DNA from: Mobula hypostoma
Lineage: Eukaryota
Length of the DNA: 64,000 bases
Assembly: GCF_963921235.1 (NCBI RefSeq)
Contig: NC_086097.1
Coordinates: 201,812,001 to 201,876,000 of the forward strand
Reading direction: 5' to 3'
The stretch's first letter is position 1. Every line of letters starts with the position of its first letter. The position numbers and the translations under genes are program-made. Below are positions 62,392 to 64,000 of the stretch, one piece after another. The notes beneath the pieces were generated by a model, which saw only the letters and a program-made list of their open reading frames with translations, ran no database searches and was not told the DNA's origin.

Positions 62392-62996
62392 GTTGGAGGC
62401 TACCCAGATGGAATATAAGGTGTTGTTCCTCCAACCCGAGTGTGGCTCCATCTTTACAGTAGAGGAGGCCGTGGATAGACATATCCGAATGGGAAAGGGA
62501 CGTGGAATTAAAATGTGTGGCCACTGGGAGATCCTGCTTTGACTTCTCAAACTTCCACTAATGCCCCACCTCCCCCTCGTACCCCATCCGTTAGTTAATT
62601 ATATACACACATCTTTTTTTTCTCTCTCCTTTTTCTCCCTCTGTCCCTCTCACTATATCCCTTGCCCATCCTCTGAGTTTTCCCCCCCTCCCCCTTTTCT
62701 TTCTCCCTAGGCATCCTGTGCCATAATCCTCTCATATCCCTTTTGCCAATCAGCTATCCAGCTCTTGGCTCCATCCCTCCCCCTCCTGTCTTCTCCTATC
62801 ATTTTGGATCTCCCCCTCCTCCTCCCACTTTTAAATCTCTTACTAGCTCTTCCTTCAGTTAGTCCGGACGAAGGGTCTCGGTCCAAAACGTCGACTGTAC
62901 CTCTTCCAAGAGATGCTGCCTGGCCTGCTGCGTTCACCAGCAACTTTGATGTATGTTGCTTGAATTTCCAGCATCTGCAGCTTTCCTCGTGTTTAG
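62392..62996 (+). mobile_element. Penelope-like 3' fragment with inverted 5' segment (62392-62540 is minus strand); decayed hammerhead at 62861-62896
   Basis: Same family as 1-1117; agtc-cggacga-a-gggtctcggtcc-aaaa-cgtc-gact has two core substitutions. Confidence 0.88.
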
Positions 62997-63289
62997 ATTT
63001 GTGCCAATTGGTTCAACAACTGAATGGCTGAAGGGCAACAGCTGCTCTTGAACCCAATGGTGTTTAAACACATCTTAAAGCAAATAATTTCTCTGACTAA
63101 ACTTCCATGGATGGTGTCAAAGTGTCATGAAGCAGCCACTGTGCTTGTGTTCTGTTTGTGGTATAAGAGTTCTGGTATAGTCTGGGCCAGACTCCCTCAT
63201 CCAATCCTTTGTAAATATGAAGTCATCCAGAACTTAGACATCCAAGGCCCAACATTCTATCAGTCATGTACATGCTGACTTGCATGCTC

Positions 63290-63630
63290 TTGGAGTATTG
63301 CCTTAATTTTGAAATCTGTCCCTGGTCATATTTCTTTATAACATCCAGTTACAGCTCTTTGAGATACCTGCAGTCCCCCAAATCCCGCCTCAATTATACT
63401 TGAAACTGAAAGCCAGAACTGGAGGACACAGCTGAACCATTCACCTTTATCTTCACTAGAAGTGCTAAATGGATGATCCACGACAGCTTCTTTCTCAGCT
63501 CTTTACCATCAACATTATGAAACAGCTGAGACCATTCAGTAGAGTAGGAACCCAACAGTATGTTGATTGTGGTACTGAAGTCATGCATTCCAGAACTAAC
63601 TACATGTTGAACTAGCTTGTTCCAATACAA
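63290..63630 (-). mobile_element. Very old non-LTR RT remnant
   Basis: ...HDFSTTINIL...LSWI resembles DFSSAFNTI...L.WI. Confidence 0.35.
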
Positions 63631-64000
63631 CTATGTACAGCCATATAGAAAATCATTCAACCATAGCTATTAAGAAAGCAAATCCAATCAAGTTGATCGA
63701 CCAATTACCTGTTCACTGATGCTCAGTTATTGATTTCACAAGAGCTGAATTCAAAAGGTTAAGTTAGAATGATTGACCATTATATCAAAGAAGCATTTGA
63801 CTGATTATTCCTGATAAGCCCTGAAAAAACTTCAGTGAAAAGACTTCAGTGAGTGAGAGAAAGAACTTCTCTGGTTAGAGTCATGACTCTCTCTGTCTAA
63901 GCCCAAAAATCTACTGCTGTTTCAATAATGGTTTTCCCTTAATCATAATCATGAGAAGCAATGATGTTTGCAAATAATGGCACAACTTTCTTTGTTCTCA

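Overview
Eukaryotic, repeat-rich vertebrate genomic DNA. The repeat landscape suggests a cartilaginous fish, probably a ray (inference). The only host coding sequence I can support is two phase-0 exons of a NOL4-family gene on the minus strand (19361-19540 and 4223-4414). Everything else lies in its introns and is packed with retroelements: CR1-like LINEs, Rex/Babar-like fragments, tRNA-derived SINEs, Penelope-like elements (PLEs; RT + GIY-YIG), two Gypsy-type elements and an R4/Dong-like RLE element. Three highlights. (1) A complete 4.06-kb non-autonomous Gypsy-type LTR element (49466-53527; two LTRs, 4-bp TSD, tRNA-Pro PBS, PPT) carries one 662-codon ORF that fuses degenerate protease/RT/RNase H to captured, intron-less sarcomeric myosin heavy-chain rod fragments where integrase should be. 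(2) About ten minimal type I hammerhead ribozyme motifs sit in PLE 3' tails and in tiny TSD-flanked foldback elements; one has an intact core in the sense orientation of the host pre-mRNA. (3) An R4/Dong-like element is inserted in an (AAT)n tract. Boundaries of old repeats are approximate, and family names come from motif recognition, not database searches.
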